NCBI RefSeq assembly: GCF_006345805.1
Contig: NC_042998.1
Location: forward strand, 194,308,001 to 194,372,000
Source of the DNA: Octopus sinensis
Taxonomy: Eukaryota
DNA: 64,000 nucleotides
Direction of reading: 5' to 3'
The position numbers were made by a program, and so were the translations under genes. Shown here in pieces: positions 1-15,200 of the stretch (positions are counted from its first letter, which is position 1; the number at the start of each line of letters is the position of its first letter). The notes below the pieces were generated by a model. That model was not told the origin of the DNA. It did not search any database and saw only the letters and a program-made list of their open reading frames with translations.

Positions 1-178
1 TAATACCCTACTAGCACGGGGCTCGAGTGCCATCCTCTACTTTTCTAGCACAACTTATTGCTTCCAGTTGTCTGTTATTAATTACACCCTGCACTTAGTT
101 TCTGTATTTTGCTATTTACTACATTATGTACCCCATTCACCCTATTCCACTCACTTCTATCACCATTCATGTTTCCAG

Positions 179-286
179 GCTCCAGCTAATGCACTGCTTG
201 TTAGAGAGGCATCCCTCAGATTTCCAAGATGGAGAGGCGCAGCCCTTATTACAGGTCCTTTCACAGTTTCAATCTGATGCTAAAAG
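179..286 (+). CDS. ATM: ATM exon (W)LQLMHCLLERHPSDFQDGEAQPLLQVLSQFQSDAK(R)
   Basis: tttccag acceptor, AG|gtaaga donor; phase matches next exon. Confidence 0.88.
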
Positions 287-3200
287 GTAAGATGGAGTAT
301 ATGTATAAACTTACTAGATTAGTGTTGGCAGCACTAATTACATGCAGCTTGCAACACTGTGTAACAGGATGGGAGTTCAGGAACACTGGAGGGGTGTCCG
401 ATCTGATCCTGTCACATACAATTTAAGTTGAATAAACGGAGACAAAGTCAGGCGGTCTTCGATCACAGTAAGTGGTGGTTTATTCTGCGGTTACAGGTAA
501 GAACTAGTGCACGTGTATCTCTAGTAGGGAAGCCGGCAGCCGAATCCGCAGGACTGGTCATGATGCTTTCTCGTGCGAGTCAAGACGATTCGTCAGTTTG
601 CTCCCGCTTCGTTGGGGGTGAGGTTCCCTGAGAGAAAGTCAAACCACATCCGACCGCTAGCGCTGCTCATGCCAGAAAGGACCGATCTAGCGGTCAGCTT
701 TTAGGTTCCAGTTCCTGCACATGCGCATGAGGAGAACTTCCGGTGGCCAACCGGAAGCAATCCAATTCTGCGCATGTGCGCTGAAACTTACACAGTAGCG
801 TCACTACAACTGTATTAGCACTAATAAAACTGTAGTTAGTAGCAACTAATGACAGTGGTATTACTGACAGCACACTGTTGTCGTTAAACATTAATATAAC
901 TACACTTTACCATAACTACACTGTGTAACTTTTAACCATATTATATACTATCCAATCATAATAAGTATAACACCATACTAACTATAACAATAACCATACC
1001 ACTGCTAACAAATATTTCTTTTATTACCTGTGCTGAATTACCACTGTATTTCAACTACATGACTGCTGTATTACCGCAGTAACATTGCCAAGTTACCAAA
1101 ATATGCTACAGTTATACCATCATTTCATTATTCTCATTGGATGTATAAGATCAAGCTAAAGCACTACAAACTATGCTGTACCCCTAAAAATCACTCTACC
1201 ATCCTTTGCCACATTATATTATTATCAACTGCACTCCATCAGCACTAAACAAATTATATCACAATTAGACACACTGTGCCTCAACTACACTATACCACTA
1301 TACACAGTATCACCACTAACTACACTACATTACCACTAACTACACTATATTACCACTAGCTGTACTATATCATCACTAACCTTACTACATCACTGCTGAC
1401 CACATTATGCCACCACTATGTAAATATACTACATCACTATTAAACATTCTATACCACTGCTGCACATACTATATCATTACTAATCACACACTGTCTCTAC
1501 TAATCACTAGTAACACCAATTTGATCTCTGCCTACAATTAATGTACCATTGATAACCATGGGAGTCTCTTCAAGGCCACTTGATCTACTAAAAACCGTAT
1601 CCTGCCATCATCAAAACGCAAAATACACTGAGCATTGAAGTCCTGAAAATGCAAAAAGATCAGGACTAAATACTGTACTACTGTTCTTTGAGAGGCCATC
1701 AGGAAGAGAGTATTTCCTGAGTAACTCGCAGCTGATATGTAGGATGTTGTTCTCTTCACTTTTTTAGCAGTAGGTTTATGTATTTATTTTTGTTGCTGCT
1801 TAGCAGATGCTGTCTGAGTGAGATTATATAACATTTAAAGGCTGTCTGCACTGACCTTGAGCGTTTATTTTCTTCATCTCTTCTCAGAGCCTGTCAATAT
1901 CACTGTTTCTGTGGAAATTTCCCATTGATGTCAGGATCTTGTTGGTTTTAATGTCTGTTCAGTGGGTTTCCCCTATAGACTAGTCAAGCATCCAAATGTT
2001 GGTATCAGCCCTGGTACTGTGAATACATTATAGGATATTGTCTCGTATGAGAATTCTGACAGTTTTCTAAATTTGATGTAATTTTCTTGGTTCACACTAT
2101 CTTTATTCACAGCACCTTCATATATGTTTTCATCAATGCCTAGAAAGCATTCTTCATGTGAAACAAAAGAGATAGAGACCATTGATGCTCGGATCCTGTT
2201 TGGGGAAGTGTTTTGTGTGTGTGTGTCTCCAGCCATCCATCAATCCAATCCGATCCAATCTATTTATTTAACTAATTGTTTGTCTATCTTGTTATCCTTC
2301 TGTCTAATTTTTTATTTAGCTGTCTGTCCATCTTTCCAATTGTGTATTTTTCTGACTGTCTACTGCCCTGTATATTGATCTGTCAAGTAACTTGTCTATC
2401 TAACTATTTACCTATCTATCTCTCCTAATGTAAAGATGTGATGTCACAGAATTATTACTAAGCTGTCTCCAGATCTTGGCTTCTGTGTTGACAACAGAAT
2501 ATGCTGATATATGGACCAAAGTTTGGGATAATTGCCTCAAGTAAGTTTCCTTCTTTGACTGCTTATGATAACTCGTATGAATATTTATGCTGCCTTCAAT
2601 GCCTTTGATTTCATTTATGATACTTTCTATGACTATAATGATTCCTATGACTATAATGCTTTCTATGACTTTGCTGATGATACTTTGCTAAAGTATTTGT
2701 GATGCTATCTAGGACTAGAAATTGTGTTTTGTGACTTCGTTTTTGATGGTTGTTATGATTATACTTGTGATAGTTGTCCATGCAATTGCAATGTTGTTCC
2801 TTTAGACTAACACTATTTCTGTTCTCCACAGGAAGATAAGCCTGCAACATTGTCAAGACAGCAACTTCAAGCTAATGTCAACGCTTCTTCATCACCATTG
2901 CGTAAATTTTCGTGAAGACATCTGGAAATTCTTCACCTCGTTTTACATGACCCCAACCAAAGATTCTGTCCAGTTTCTGGCAACTTACTGTCATTTCTAT
3001 GATTTACCTGAGTACTACCAGTCAGAACTTTTAACTCGATGGGTTAGTGTTGTTACGAGTCCCAGCAGCAGCAATCCTAGCAATCACCTGTATTTTCTGC
3101 GCAAAGCATTAATCGATTGGTTACTCCCCTCATGGGAAGATAAGGATGAGGAGACAAGCACTGTGTCATCAATGAAGCAATCCTTTGAGATGACTGACTG

Positions 3201-6200
3201 TAACCTCATTGCCTCTCTACTCATCACCCTCCTCCTTAGCCCGGTTGCTGTTGATCCATTCTGCCGTCATTTGCCCCCAAGTACAGCTTCCAACTCCAGT
3301 CCTTCTCTTGTGGAATCCCTTTATCTAAAGATGACTTTTTACGAGGACCAGACATTAACTTCCACAATGGCAGTCCCAACGAATAATGACCAAAACATGG
3401 CTAAGTGCCCTCTACTTACCGTGATAGAACATTTTCTTACGCGCATTGACAAACTTGTCTTGTACATTCAGAATCTCAACACAGATGATGTAAGTTGTCA
3501 ATTTTAAAATTTAGCTTTCTTGCATATCATCATCATCATCGTCCTCCTCCTCCTCCTCATCATCATCATCATCGTTATTATTATTATTAGGTGGTTAGCT
3601 GGCAGAATTGTTAGCACAGTGGATGTAATGCTTAATGGTATTTCGCCCATCGCTATGTTCTGAGTTCAAATTCTGCTGAGGTCGACTTTGCCTTTCATCC
3701 TTTCGGGGTCAGTAAATTAAGTACCAGTGAAACACTGGGGTCGATGCAGTTGACTAGTCCCCCACTACCAAATCTGAGGCTTTGTGCCTCCAGTAGAAAA
3801 GATTATTATTTACACATTCACTGGCAACTTATGTATGTACAGAAAAGTCACATCTGAATCTAAAACCCCAACACCAGTAACTGCAACATTATCTACTGAG
3901 TTATAAATCCTTTACTGAAGGCTCAAGGAATTGATTCCATTGCACACAAGTAATGGATCTTTTCGGATAGAACGGCAGTTTTTAACATAATTTCTAGGTA
4001 ACTAAAAAATTTAAAACTTCGTAAGCTGGTAGAATGTGTTTATAGAACATTTTTTTCTCTTGGCTTTATTGAGAAAATTCTATAGTTTGTAAGATATTTG
4101 TTGTTTTTTTTCATCAATTTCTGCAATTTCAACCAATCAATGAAGTCCATTGAGGTAAAAAACATTCTGTGCCGTATGAATATGTCCCTCGTTTAAGAAA
4201 CAGATTGGGTTTATTTACATTTGTAAAGAAAAAAAGATACCCTTCCCCCCACCCCTAACCCTAACACAGATTGAAATGCAATAGATTGATACTAGGGTCA
4301 TAATTATGGGTGACAATTTCATATGACACCGCTAGAAAAAAACTGCCATTCAAACCGAAAAGATCCCAAGTAACCACAGCTGTAAATCACAATATCCCTG
4401 TCAAAAGCAACACCACTGCTCTCTCCACTAAGCTCTCTACAACATCACTACTAGTAGTATTGTTACATCCATTAAGAGCAGCACCGCTTCCTCTATGAAT
4501 AGCAAAACCAATTTTATGGATAGCAACATCACTAGCAACAGCAACACTACCACCCTAGAAAAAACCCCCACACCACCAGCAGTATTATTGTTTCATTTAT
4601 TTTAAGAGATTCTCTAAATTTTTTTTCCAGCTGTTTACATTTGTTGTTTTTGTCTGATACATGTTTATTCCTTGTTTTATTTTTATTGTTCTAATCTATG
4701 TTTAGAACTGGTGTATTCAGAAAGCGTCTTACATCAGCTGTCTCCTTTCAAAGTGCCTTGCTTACATCGCCAACAGAGGCATGAATGAACTGTCTGAATT
4801 ACATTCCAATCTCTCAAACCAACTGCAGACAACATTGACCAAACTTGAAGAATTCTTCCATAGGGGTCGAAATGTCCAAGTTCGCAGCAAGTACATCAAT
4901 GAAGCTGTACCATTTCTCTGCCAATACTTCTCTGCAGACAACATTGATCAATCCTATAAATGTCAGCATTTTGACTTAGTTCGTTCTCTGATGCCAAAAG
5001 GTGTGTTGGACAGTCTTATAGCTGTGGTCAAAGAACAGGTAAATCACTTATACCATTACTTCCTCTTCCCTTCCACCACTCTCCTTTCTCTCTCCATACA
5101 CACACACATACTCACGTCATTGTTTTAATGACTTTTACCATGCTTGCATGGCTTAGATTAAATTCATTGGAACTGCATAAACAATGTTACTGTTTATATC
5201 ATCGTTCAACATCCGCTTTCCATGCTAGCATGGGTTGGATGAATGACTGAGGGCTGGCGAACCAGATGGCTGCACCAGGCTTCAATCTTGATCTGGCAGA
5301 GTTTCTACAGCTGGATGCCCTTCCTAACGCTTCCTACACCCTTCCTACATTCCGAGAGTGTAGTGGGTGCTTTTACGTGCCAGTCAGGCGGTACTGGCAA
5401 CGACCTAACTCAAATCTTTTACACATGCCACTGGCACAGGTGCCAGTAAGGCAATGCTAGTAATGATCACGCTCAAATGGTGTCTTTTATGTGCCACTGG
5501 CATGGAAGCCAGATAGCCGCTCTGGCAATGATCACACTCGGATGGTGCCCAATTTTGTTCCACCACAATGCACATCCTCACACTCCTCAAGCTATGGTCC
5601 AAAAGTTGCAAAGCCTGAATTATGAGATTTTGCAACATCTTCCCTATTCCCCTGATATCTCTCCTACTGATCATCACTTATTGAAGCATTTTGAGATTTT
5701 CATAAGCAATAAAACATTCTTAAATAGAGAAGAGGTAATTGAAGCATTCTGCCAGTTTATCACAGGAAAAAGACGAATTTCTTTTTAAAGGGAATATATG
5801 ACAAAACATTATGTAAACGTCATAAATGAACATTGATCATACTTTGATTAAATAAATCAGTTCTCTAACATTTCGGAAGCGTTTTATTGTTACCTTTCAA
5901 ATACGACATTTCAAGTGAAGCAACCTAATGATTCCCTGAGCAGGCCATTCAGTTGATTATGAAATAACCAGCAGAGATCCACAACTTTTTACAATGTTTA
6001 TCACTAAGTAAATATCTAATGTTTCTTCTATTTTCTCCAGATACTTCCAAGTTCTGTGAATAGACAGTCAGAGAGGTTTCTTACACTTGAAAGTGAATCT
6101 CCTGCTTCCTGTTCAGGGAACAATACTCTAGATGACATATTTGACGAAGATGATGATGCAAATAATGAATTCAAGGAGAGTGCCATGAAAGGTAGTTCTG

Positions 6201-9200
6201 AAAGTTTCTGAAAGCTTATATATGCTGCTCACTCTGTCCTTATGCTGTGTCATCTCCTCCTCCTCCTTTTTCTAAATTCTATTGAAGGTGACTTTGTCTT
6301 TCATTCCTTTGGAGTTGTGGTCAATATAATTAACTTGTCCCCCCCCTCCCATGAAAAATTTCAGGACTTGTGCCTGTAGTAAAAAGGGAAAAAGGGTTTT
6401 TATTGTTATTAAGGTGCAAGCTGGCAGAATCATTATCATGCTGAACAAAATGCATATGGGGCATTTCATTCATCTTCATGTTCTGACTTCAAATTCTGCT
6501 GTTCCTTCTCGAGCCATGCCAGGCTCATAAGGGCCGGTTTCCCGGTTTCAGTGGCGTAGAAATTCCCCACCTGGACGGGACGCCGGTCTGTCGCAGGATT
6601 ACTCATTTTTGCCAGCTGAGTGGACTGGAGCAACGTGAAAATGAAGTGTTTTGCTCAAGAACACAACACATCGCCCGGTCCAGAAATTGAAATCACAACC
6701 TTACGATCAGATGTTCAACACCCTAACCACTAAGCCACGCGCCTCCACAAGTTCTGTTGAGGTTGACTTCACTTTTCATCCTTTTAGGGCCAATAAAATA
6801 GGTACCTGTTGAGCACATAGGAAAGTGAAGTAAAAAAAAAATGATGATGATGATGATTGCTGCTGCTGTGGTGAGCTGGCAGAATCATTGGTACACTGAA
6901 CAAAACGCTTCGTGAGATTTCATCTGTCTTTACGTTCTGAGTTAAAATTCTGCCGAGAGCAACTTTGTCTTTCATACTTCTGGAGGCGATAAAATAATCA
7001 GAAAACAGCACAGCTCCCATGACTTTCGGAAACATTTTTTCACGCTAAGAGTTGCTGAAGCATGGAACAAACTGCCGGCATCAGTTGTTAGTTGTCGGAG
7101 CACTGCATCCTTCAAAACTTCCATGCTTCCTGAGATTCACCAACACTACACCTGATCTTCTCCCCTCCATACACACGCAAGCATGTATCTGACTCATACA
7201 CTGTTCGCTTTCCAGACATTTGTACATTACTGCATATGCTTTATACGCACCTTTGGACAAGTTGTGGTGCACCTGAGCACTGTATACAATAATTTCATTA
7301 TATATTATATTATATATATAAGTACCATTTTGCTTGGATAGAACAACAGCAAATAGTAACATGCTAATCAGTACACAGCCACAGACATTTCAAATATTCA
7401 ATGAATTAGTTTATGTTCAGTTCTTCACCTTTAAATTTCTAATTTATCCTACTGTCTATTTTAACTTCACATTACATCAATTTCTATTTTTATCCTTTCA
7501 TCATTTCAGATGCCTTTTCTCAAGTTCTTTCTCCTGAAGAAACTCTCTGCTGCCAAACTATGCAGCTATTGTGTTTGTGGCACAGTTATAACAAACAGCA
7601 CACGTCATACCTTTCTGACAACCTCCAAAATAAAATCATGGAAATCTTGGAAAATCTCAATATCATGAAATCATTTCATTTACAAATGGTAAGTGGTATA
7701 GATTTTTGTCCAGTCTTTTGTTTGCCTATTTTTGATGTTGATATGCTTTGGTTCACAATACATACTTTTTGCTCGATATAAATAACCTGACTTTCAAATT
7801 CACATTACATATCCTGCTAAATATATTCTGCCATGTTACAATATATTTAATAAAATGTTTACAAGTGGTTTACAAGCTATGTGTATATACTGAATGATTT
7901 CTAATCTTTGTTTCTTACAAGTTTCAAACTATTGTCTCCACACTTTGCTCAACGCACCAACACCTCACTGAGTCTAATCTGGAATGCTTGATGCTTACGG
8001 TCAGGTAAAATTACCACTTTTTTTAATACTCTTTTAAAAGTAAGACTTAATTAAAATGGCAGTTAATATGTGTGTATGTGTGTGTGCATGTTATCATCAT
8101 CATCATCGTTTTGATATCCACTTTTCCATGCTTGCATGTGTTGGACACAATTTATTGAAGCAGATTTTCTTCTGCTAGATTCCCTTTCTGTTGCCAGTCC
8201 TTACATGACATCATCATCATCATCATCATCATCATCGTCATTTCACGTCCGTTTTCGATTCCCGGTGTCCTTGAGCAAGACACTTTATTTCATGTTGCTC
8301 CAGTCCACTCAGCTGGTAAAACTGAATTGTACCAGTAATTCAAAGGGGGCCAGCCTTGCCCCATTCTGTGTGTCATGCTGAATCTCCATGTAAACCATGT
8401 TAAGTATATGCATGTCTGTGGATTACTCAGCCACTTGCACTTTAATTTCCTGAGCAGACTGTTCCATTGATTGATTCAACTGGAACACTCATTGTCGTAA
8501 CTGATGGAGAGCCAGGCCTTGTATACACACACACACACACACACAACACACACACACACACACACATATTTTCAGAATGCTCTAGCATAAATATACCCAG
8601 ATGCAAAAATAGCAAAATATAATTGTATGTGCATCATGATCATGATCGTGTGTGTGATTAACATCATGTGTATGCTAATCAAGGTGGCGAGCTGGCAGAA
8701 TCGTTAGCACGCCGGGCGAAATGCGTAGCTGTATTTCGTCTGCCGTTACATTCTGAGTTCAAATTCTGCTGAGGTTGACTTTGCCTTTCATCCTTTCGAG
8801 GTCGATAAATTAAGTACCAGTTACGCACTGGGGTAGATATAATCGACTTAATCCGTTTGTCTGTCCTCGTTTGTCCCCTCTGTGTTTAGCCCCTTGTGGG
8901 TAGTAAAGAAATAGGTATTTCGTCTGTCATTACGTTCTGATTTCAAATTCCACTGAAGTCGACTTTGCCTTTCATCCTTTTAGGGTTGATAAATTAAGTA
9001 CCAGTTACACACTGGGGTGGATATAATCAACTTAATCCGTTTGTCTGTCCTCGTTTGTCCCCTCTGTGTTTAACCCCTTGTGGGTAGTAAAGAAATAGAT
9101 TAACATCATGTGATGTGATCCAATGACCACCTAACTCTTGACTGCTATCTCTCATTATCTCTCTTTCTCTAACAAATAGGAACATAATGAAACAACATTG

Positions 9201-12200
9201 GCGAGACCCAGCTATCTACCAGAAATGTATTCACTTCCTTTCGATGATCCTGCCCCATTTATCTGGAGAAGAACATGACACTACATCAAAGATTTCAGAA
9301 ATTCGTCTCAATGCTCTGCAACTCTTTAAAATTATTTGGTAAGTAATTTGCTTTTGTTGAAATCTAATTTTTTTATACAAAAATTACCATTTTAATTGCC
9401 TGTAATTTTCACATCACTTTATATCAGTCAATTCTTTAACATGCTAATACTTTTATTGTTGATATTTTTCTTTTTGTCTGGATATTACCCTTTTGGTTTA
9501 CATCTGCATTAACTTATTTTCTACATTCTATGAATATTGTCCAATGAATGAAGGCTGGTTAGACCCACTGGCATAGGTCATGGGCTACAGTCTCACTTGG
9601 CTTGTCAGGTCTTCTCAAGCACAACATATCTCCAAAGGTCTCAGTCACCAGTCATTGCCTCGGTAAGGCCCAATGTTTGAAGGTCGTGCTTCACCACCTC
9701 ATCCCAGGTCTTCCTGGGTCTACCTCTTCTACAGGTTCCCTCAACTGCTAGGGTGTGAGACTTTATCGCACAGCTGTCCATAATATGTAATTAAGCCCAG
9801 TGACATTACAACCACCAAATAATCCTCATGTACCCATACTACTATACCTTACTTCAACTCTAGCTACAATTCCACCATCAACACCTACCCTTACTCTACA
9901 TACTGCTAGATGTCTTTATTGTCCTCACCTACCTCTGCTTCAACTACCACCCATTATCATCTCATGTTGGCGTTAGGAAGGGCATCCAGCTGTAGAAACT
10001 CTGCCAGATCAAGATTAGAGCCTGGTGCAGCCATCTGGTCACCAGCCCTCAGTCAAAATTGTCCAACCCATGCTAGCATGGAAAGCAGACGTTAAACGAT
10101 GATGATGATGATGATGATGTCCACCTCTACCATTCACTTCCATCTCAGATCCAAATGACCATCATATACCTCTTTTGGGCTGTCATCTAATACCATCATC
10201 ATCATCATCATCATCGTTTAAACGTCCGTTTTCTGCGCTAGCATGGGTTGGACAGGGTCTGGGAAGCCAGGGGCTACACCAGGCTCCAGCATGATCTGGC
10301 AGAGTTTCTACAGCTGGATGCCCTTTCTAACGCCAACCACTCCACCAACCACTTTCTACCAGTTAGACATATTCATTATTGTCACATAGATATGAAATCA
10401 TGTTATTGACTCTAAAATAACTTTCTTTTAATATTTTACTTGTCTGCTCCTCTCAACAGATAAATGAAACTCTCGTTGTAATGAAGTTGTTTCTTTGTCA
10501 GGTCATTACAAGGTGATAAAAAATATAACACCAGTGTCCGCCTCTCACTTGCAACCTGTCTTCACACCTTCATTAAGGTAGGTAATCATAAACTCTTGTA
10601 GTTTTATGGAAATGGAAAGGATTCATAGTTTTACACTTGTTTTAGCTTATTTCATATACCCCTTTTTATATTCACAAAGCAAATGGACAGAGAGAAAAAA
10701 TATGAAGTAGAAAAATAATTCATTGCAGGGTATTTAAAAAAGAAATGCAGGCAAATGAAGCCTTCAGTAACTTTGAAAGTATAATTTTGCATGGGTAATA
10801 TCAGGAAATATGACATGCATTTGATAATTATAGTTTAACTTTTATCAAAATTCTTGGTTCATTTACAAAATAATGAAATGAATAGTAATTCTTGACAGAA
10901 AAATATTTATTACCTTAATATAAAATTCAGACAAATTGCCTATTTGTGTAACTCCTCTGTCATTTACTTCCCCTCTTACTCCTCCTTTGTCTCCGTAGTT
11001 CTCTTTCACTGTGTGCTTGTGTAGCATTGCTTTACTCTTTGCTTGCCACCAAGCCTAGTATGTGCACCCTTTAACTCACTTGTACCTCTTAATTCTTTGT
11101 ATCTCTCTTTACTCTTTGCTTGCCACCAAGCCTAGTATGTGCACCCTTTAACTCACTTGTACCTCTTAATTCTTTGTATCTCTCTTTACTCTGTCTCCCC
11201 TTCTCTCTACAACGTGTCAAGCGCAACTAGAGAAATCAGCAAACTAGTATTTATATTGGCTATTATTAAATGAAAATATTCTTTTTCGGTCCCATTAAAC
11301 ATCTTCATCTTCTTTTATATAGATGGATTACTATGCTGCAGAAGTAACCTCAATGGATGACCCCTATGTATTCTCAGTTTGTGTAGTTTGTCATTTAACA
11401 AGTCCTTATGTGTGTATCTTTACCTTTTTTTTATCTTCCAGATTGACCCAGAAGGTAAATGGGCTGTGGACTCTACTGATGATACCGGTGACCCCTTGTG
11501 GAAATTTTTCCCAACCTTTTTAACTGATCCTTGTTTTCATATACGATATTTCTGTGCCTCCAATATTACCTGGTTTGTACTACCTCTTTGTTATATGTGT
11601 TTCTTGTGAGTTTGCTGTGTGTATTTGTTTGTCAATGTATGTATTTGTGTGTGTGTGTTTTTGTGTGGTGTCTGATATACAGTCTTTGAGTAAAGAATAT
11701 TTCACATCTTAACTTGCTAAGAGTTCCACCATTGTTGCTGTTTAGCTCCCAAAACATCTCCGATGGAACCATATTTATGAGCAATAGCATTCCAACAATG
11801 ATCACCTCAACTGTATACTGGGTGCTACAAAGCATAATGTGTTTTTCCTGTTTTAAGGTGTCATCATTTGATTTGAGTGGTATTTGGCCAAGCAATCATG
11901 GCCGTTGCCAGCCTCCCCTAGCACCTGTGCCGGTGGCATGTAAAAAGTGCCATCTATATGTGGCTGATGCCAGCCCTACCTTGACTGGGTTCCATGCCGG
12001 TGGCACATAAAAAGCACCGACCGATCGTGGCCGTTGCCAGCCTCTCCTGGCACCTGTGCCAGTGGCACGTAAAAAGCACCCACTACACTCACGGAGTGGT
12101 TGGCGTTAGGAAGGGCATCCAGCTGTAGAAAGTCTGCCAGATCAGACTGGAGCCTGGTGCAGCCTTCTGGCTTCCCAGATCCCGGTCGAACCGTCCAACC

Positions 12201-15200
12201 CATGCCAGCATGGAAAACGGATGTTAAATGATGACAATGATGATGATAATGATTTGGAATGGATCAATCAATAATTAGGAGGCTCCTTTATTTTGGATTA
12301 TTTGATGTAATTAATAGGAGACTACATTGCTGTACGTAAAGCTTTAAATATGTTTAACTATTTACAGGGAACAGCATTCCTGTATCTACAGCTGCAATTG
12401 CTTTAGGTTATTTACAGGAGGTGGTGAGAGAAGGGATGGTTTTTATACTCTTTTCCACTCTATGCCACAGGTATTTTGGGAAATAAAAGTTCATGATTTC
12501 AGTTTCTGCTTGATCACATGTACATGGTTTCAGATGAAAATATTAAATCATTTTAAATATTATTTTGCAAAAACATAAAAATAAATATCAAATGGAAATT
12601 GTAGTTGTGATCCCTGTGCCGGTGGCACGTAAAAAGCACCATCCGAATGTGGCCGATGCCAGCGCTGTCTTGACTGGATTCTGTGCCAGTGGCACATAAA
12701 AAGCACAAACCGATCGTGGCTGCTGCTAGCCTCACCTAGCCCCTGTGCTGGTGGCACGTAAAAAGCACCCACTACACTCACGGAGTGGTTGGCGTTAGGA
12801 AGGGCATCCAGCTGTAGAAACACTGCCAGATCAGACTGGAGCCTGGTGCAGCCTCCTGGCTTCCCAGACCCCGGTCGAACCATCCAACTCATGCTAGCAC
12901 GGAAAACGGATGTTAAACGATGATGATGATGTATATATACAGAAAAGATAGTTATAATGTCCTTTTCTTTAGTTCTTTCTGTAGCATTGTAATTTTTTAT
13001 ATTGCCATCGTATAAGGCTTCTTTGTGATGGTTATATGGGGTGGTTCGGGTGGTTCCTTTCTTCAAAATGTAGGAGACCTAGAATTTACTAGTTATTTGT
13101 GTAGAGATATGATTTGTCTTCCACCTTCAGATAGCTAAGTTTTATGTTTTGGTATTATTAAATTGCTGGAGCCCTCTCTTAGAAAATCTACTCAATGGGC
13201 CTTATTAATGGAAGTGTCAAGGTTAGTCTTAAAAATTCCAACTCTGTTCATTTCTATGATACTGTGTTTGTCCTCAAATGTAGCGAATCCTAAAAGTTAT
13301 TATTCATACCAGTGGTATTCTGATTGCAGCCTGTTTCGAACTGAAGACAAAACTGGAAGAAACTACTACCTCAGTCAAAACCAGCAGGAATCGTCCTTCC
13401 GTGAAGTTTATAAATACTCTGAAGAAAATTTGACTGTTCTGGTAAAAAAGAAAATTATTCAGCATTTCATATCATTCATGTGCATGGGTTTGAGAGGTAT
13501 ACACATTCAGTAATTATACATAAATGATTAAAGCAACTATAGTCCATCTTAATGCTGCTGAATTAAGTGGAGTTATACACTCACTAACTGGCACTCCATT
13601 GGTTGATACAATAAATGTTCCAGTTGATCTGGTCAGTGGAACAGCCTGCTTGTGAAATTAATGTACAAGTGGCAGAGCACCCCACAGACATGCATACCTT
13701 TAACCCATTAGTGTTCGGATTACTTTGTCAAATGTAATACTTATTTATTCACATTGTTTTGAATTAACTGTGCCTTGTCTCATAGCTTCAAGATTTCTAT
13801 GATGTGATTATTTATCTTTAGAATGACATTGTAGGTTGGTATGAGAGGCTGAATATCATAAGTTTGAACATAAAAGAAGGATAATATTCTGGCCAGATGT
13901 GGCCAGTTTAAACACTAAAGGGTTAACACAGTTCTTCAGGAAATTCAGTGTGACAAGGCTGACCATTTGAAATATAGGTACCACTCATTTTTGCCAGCTG
14001 AGTGGACTGGAGCAACATGGAATAAAGTGTCCTGCTCAATGACACATTCTAAAGTATTATATTTATGTACACACAAATATAATTATTTACCAGCATCGCC
14101 TTACTGGCACCTGTGCCGGTGGCATGTGTAAAAGATTCAAGCGAGGTCATTGCCAGTACCGCCTGTCTGGCCCCATGCCGATGGCGCATAAAAGTACCCA
14201 CTACACTCTCGGAGTGGTTGGCATTAGGAAGGGCATCCAGCTGTAGAAACTCTGCTAGATCAAGATTGGAGCCTGGTGCAGCCATCTGGTTCGCCAGCCC
14301 TCAGTCAAAATCGTCCAACCCATGCTAGCATGGAAAGTGGATGTTAAATGATGATGATGACATAAACACATATGTTCTTATAGTGGAGATAGAAGTGGAA
14401 ATATATTCATGTTTTCTCCAAAGAAATTCACTTATTATAAATAGAACATTTCTGATTAAGAATTTAAATGAAGTTACATAGGGTTTATCAAGAATGCAAA
14501 ATCTTCAAATTTTGATTCAGCATTACATGTCCCATCATCATTTACCTCTACCATCCACCACTGTCACTTGTCTATACCACCACCATCTACCTTTACTCTA
14601 GCCACCATTCACTATTATTACATATTCATACCACCATCACCTACTACTCTAGCTACCATTTACTACCATCATGTGTCAACACATCTAACCACTATGAACC
14701 ATCCTACAACCCTACCATTACACAACTGTCACAGAGAAAACTTGATCATATCACCATATGAAGGTTATGGTTCTTTACTATGACTATTATAGACACTTGT
14801 GAGTGAAATTGGATAGACAGAAACTGTGCAGAAGTCCTATGTAAGCACTTCACCCATAGTTCACACACTGGGTTGCACTAATTTTGCTTGAGGAATACAT
14901 TAACAGTACACCTGTCTATGAAATGCCCATCTGCTTAGACATTAATTCTGTGAACAGAAAGTTAAGTCATGGAACTTCCTGTCCATTTTGACTATAATAC
15001 TATAAGAAAATATATATACACACACACACATACACCAAGGGGTCTGTTTTGTTTTCTTGATACAATCATATTTTTATTTTATATTATTATTAGAAATGTT
15101 TCCTTGCTGTAGACTAGGTCTTTGGATTAACTTGTGGCGCATTCATGGTGTAAAGTTTGTTTACTTCTCTGCAGGCTGTTTTTAGCCATTATCTACAGTA

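Noticed and set aside
1538-2236. Minus-strand ORFs 1538-1759 and 1973-2236
   Set aside because: No recognisable motif or splice chain; possibly an old TE remnant that I cannot assign.
4252-4265. CCCTAACCCTAAC telomere-like motif
   Set aside because: Only two units and part of the Merlin-like element body (also in copy 2); not an interstitial telomere.
6690-6748. tRNA-like sequences at SINE heads
   Set aside because: A/B boxes are present but no complete cloverleaf; they continue into SINE bodies, so not called tRNA genes.
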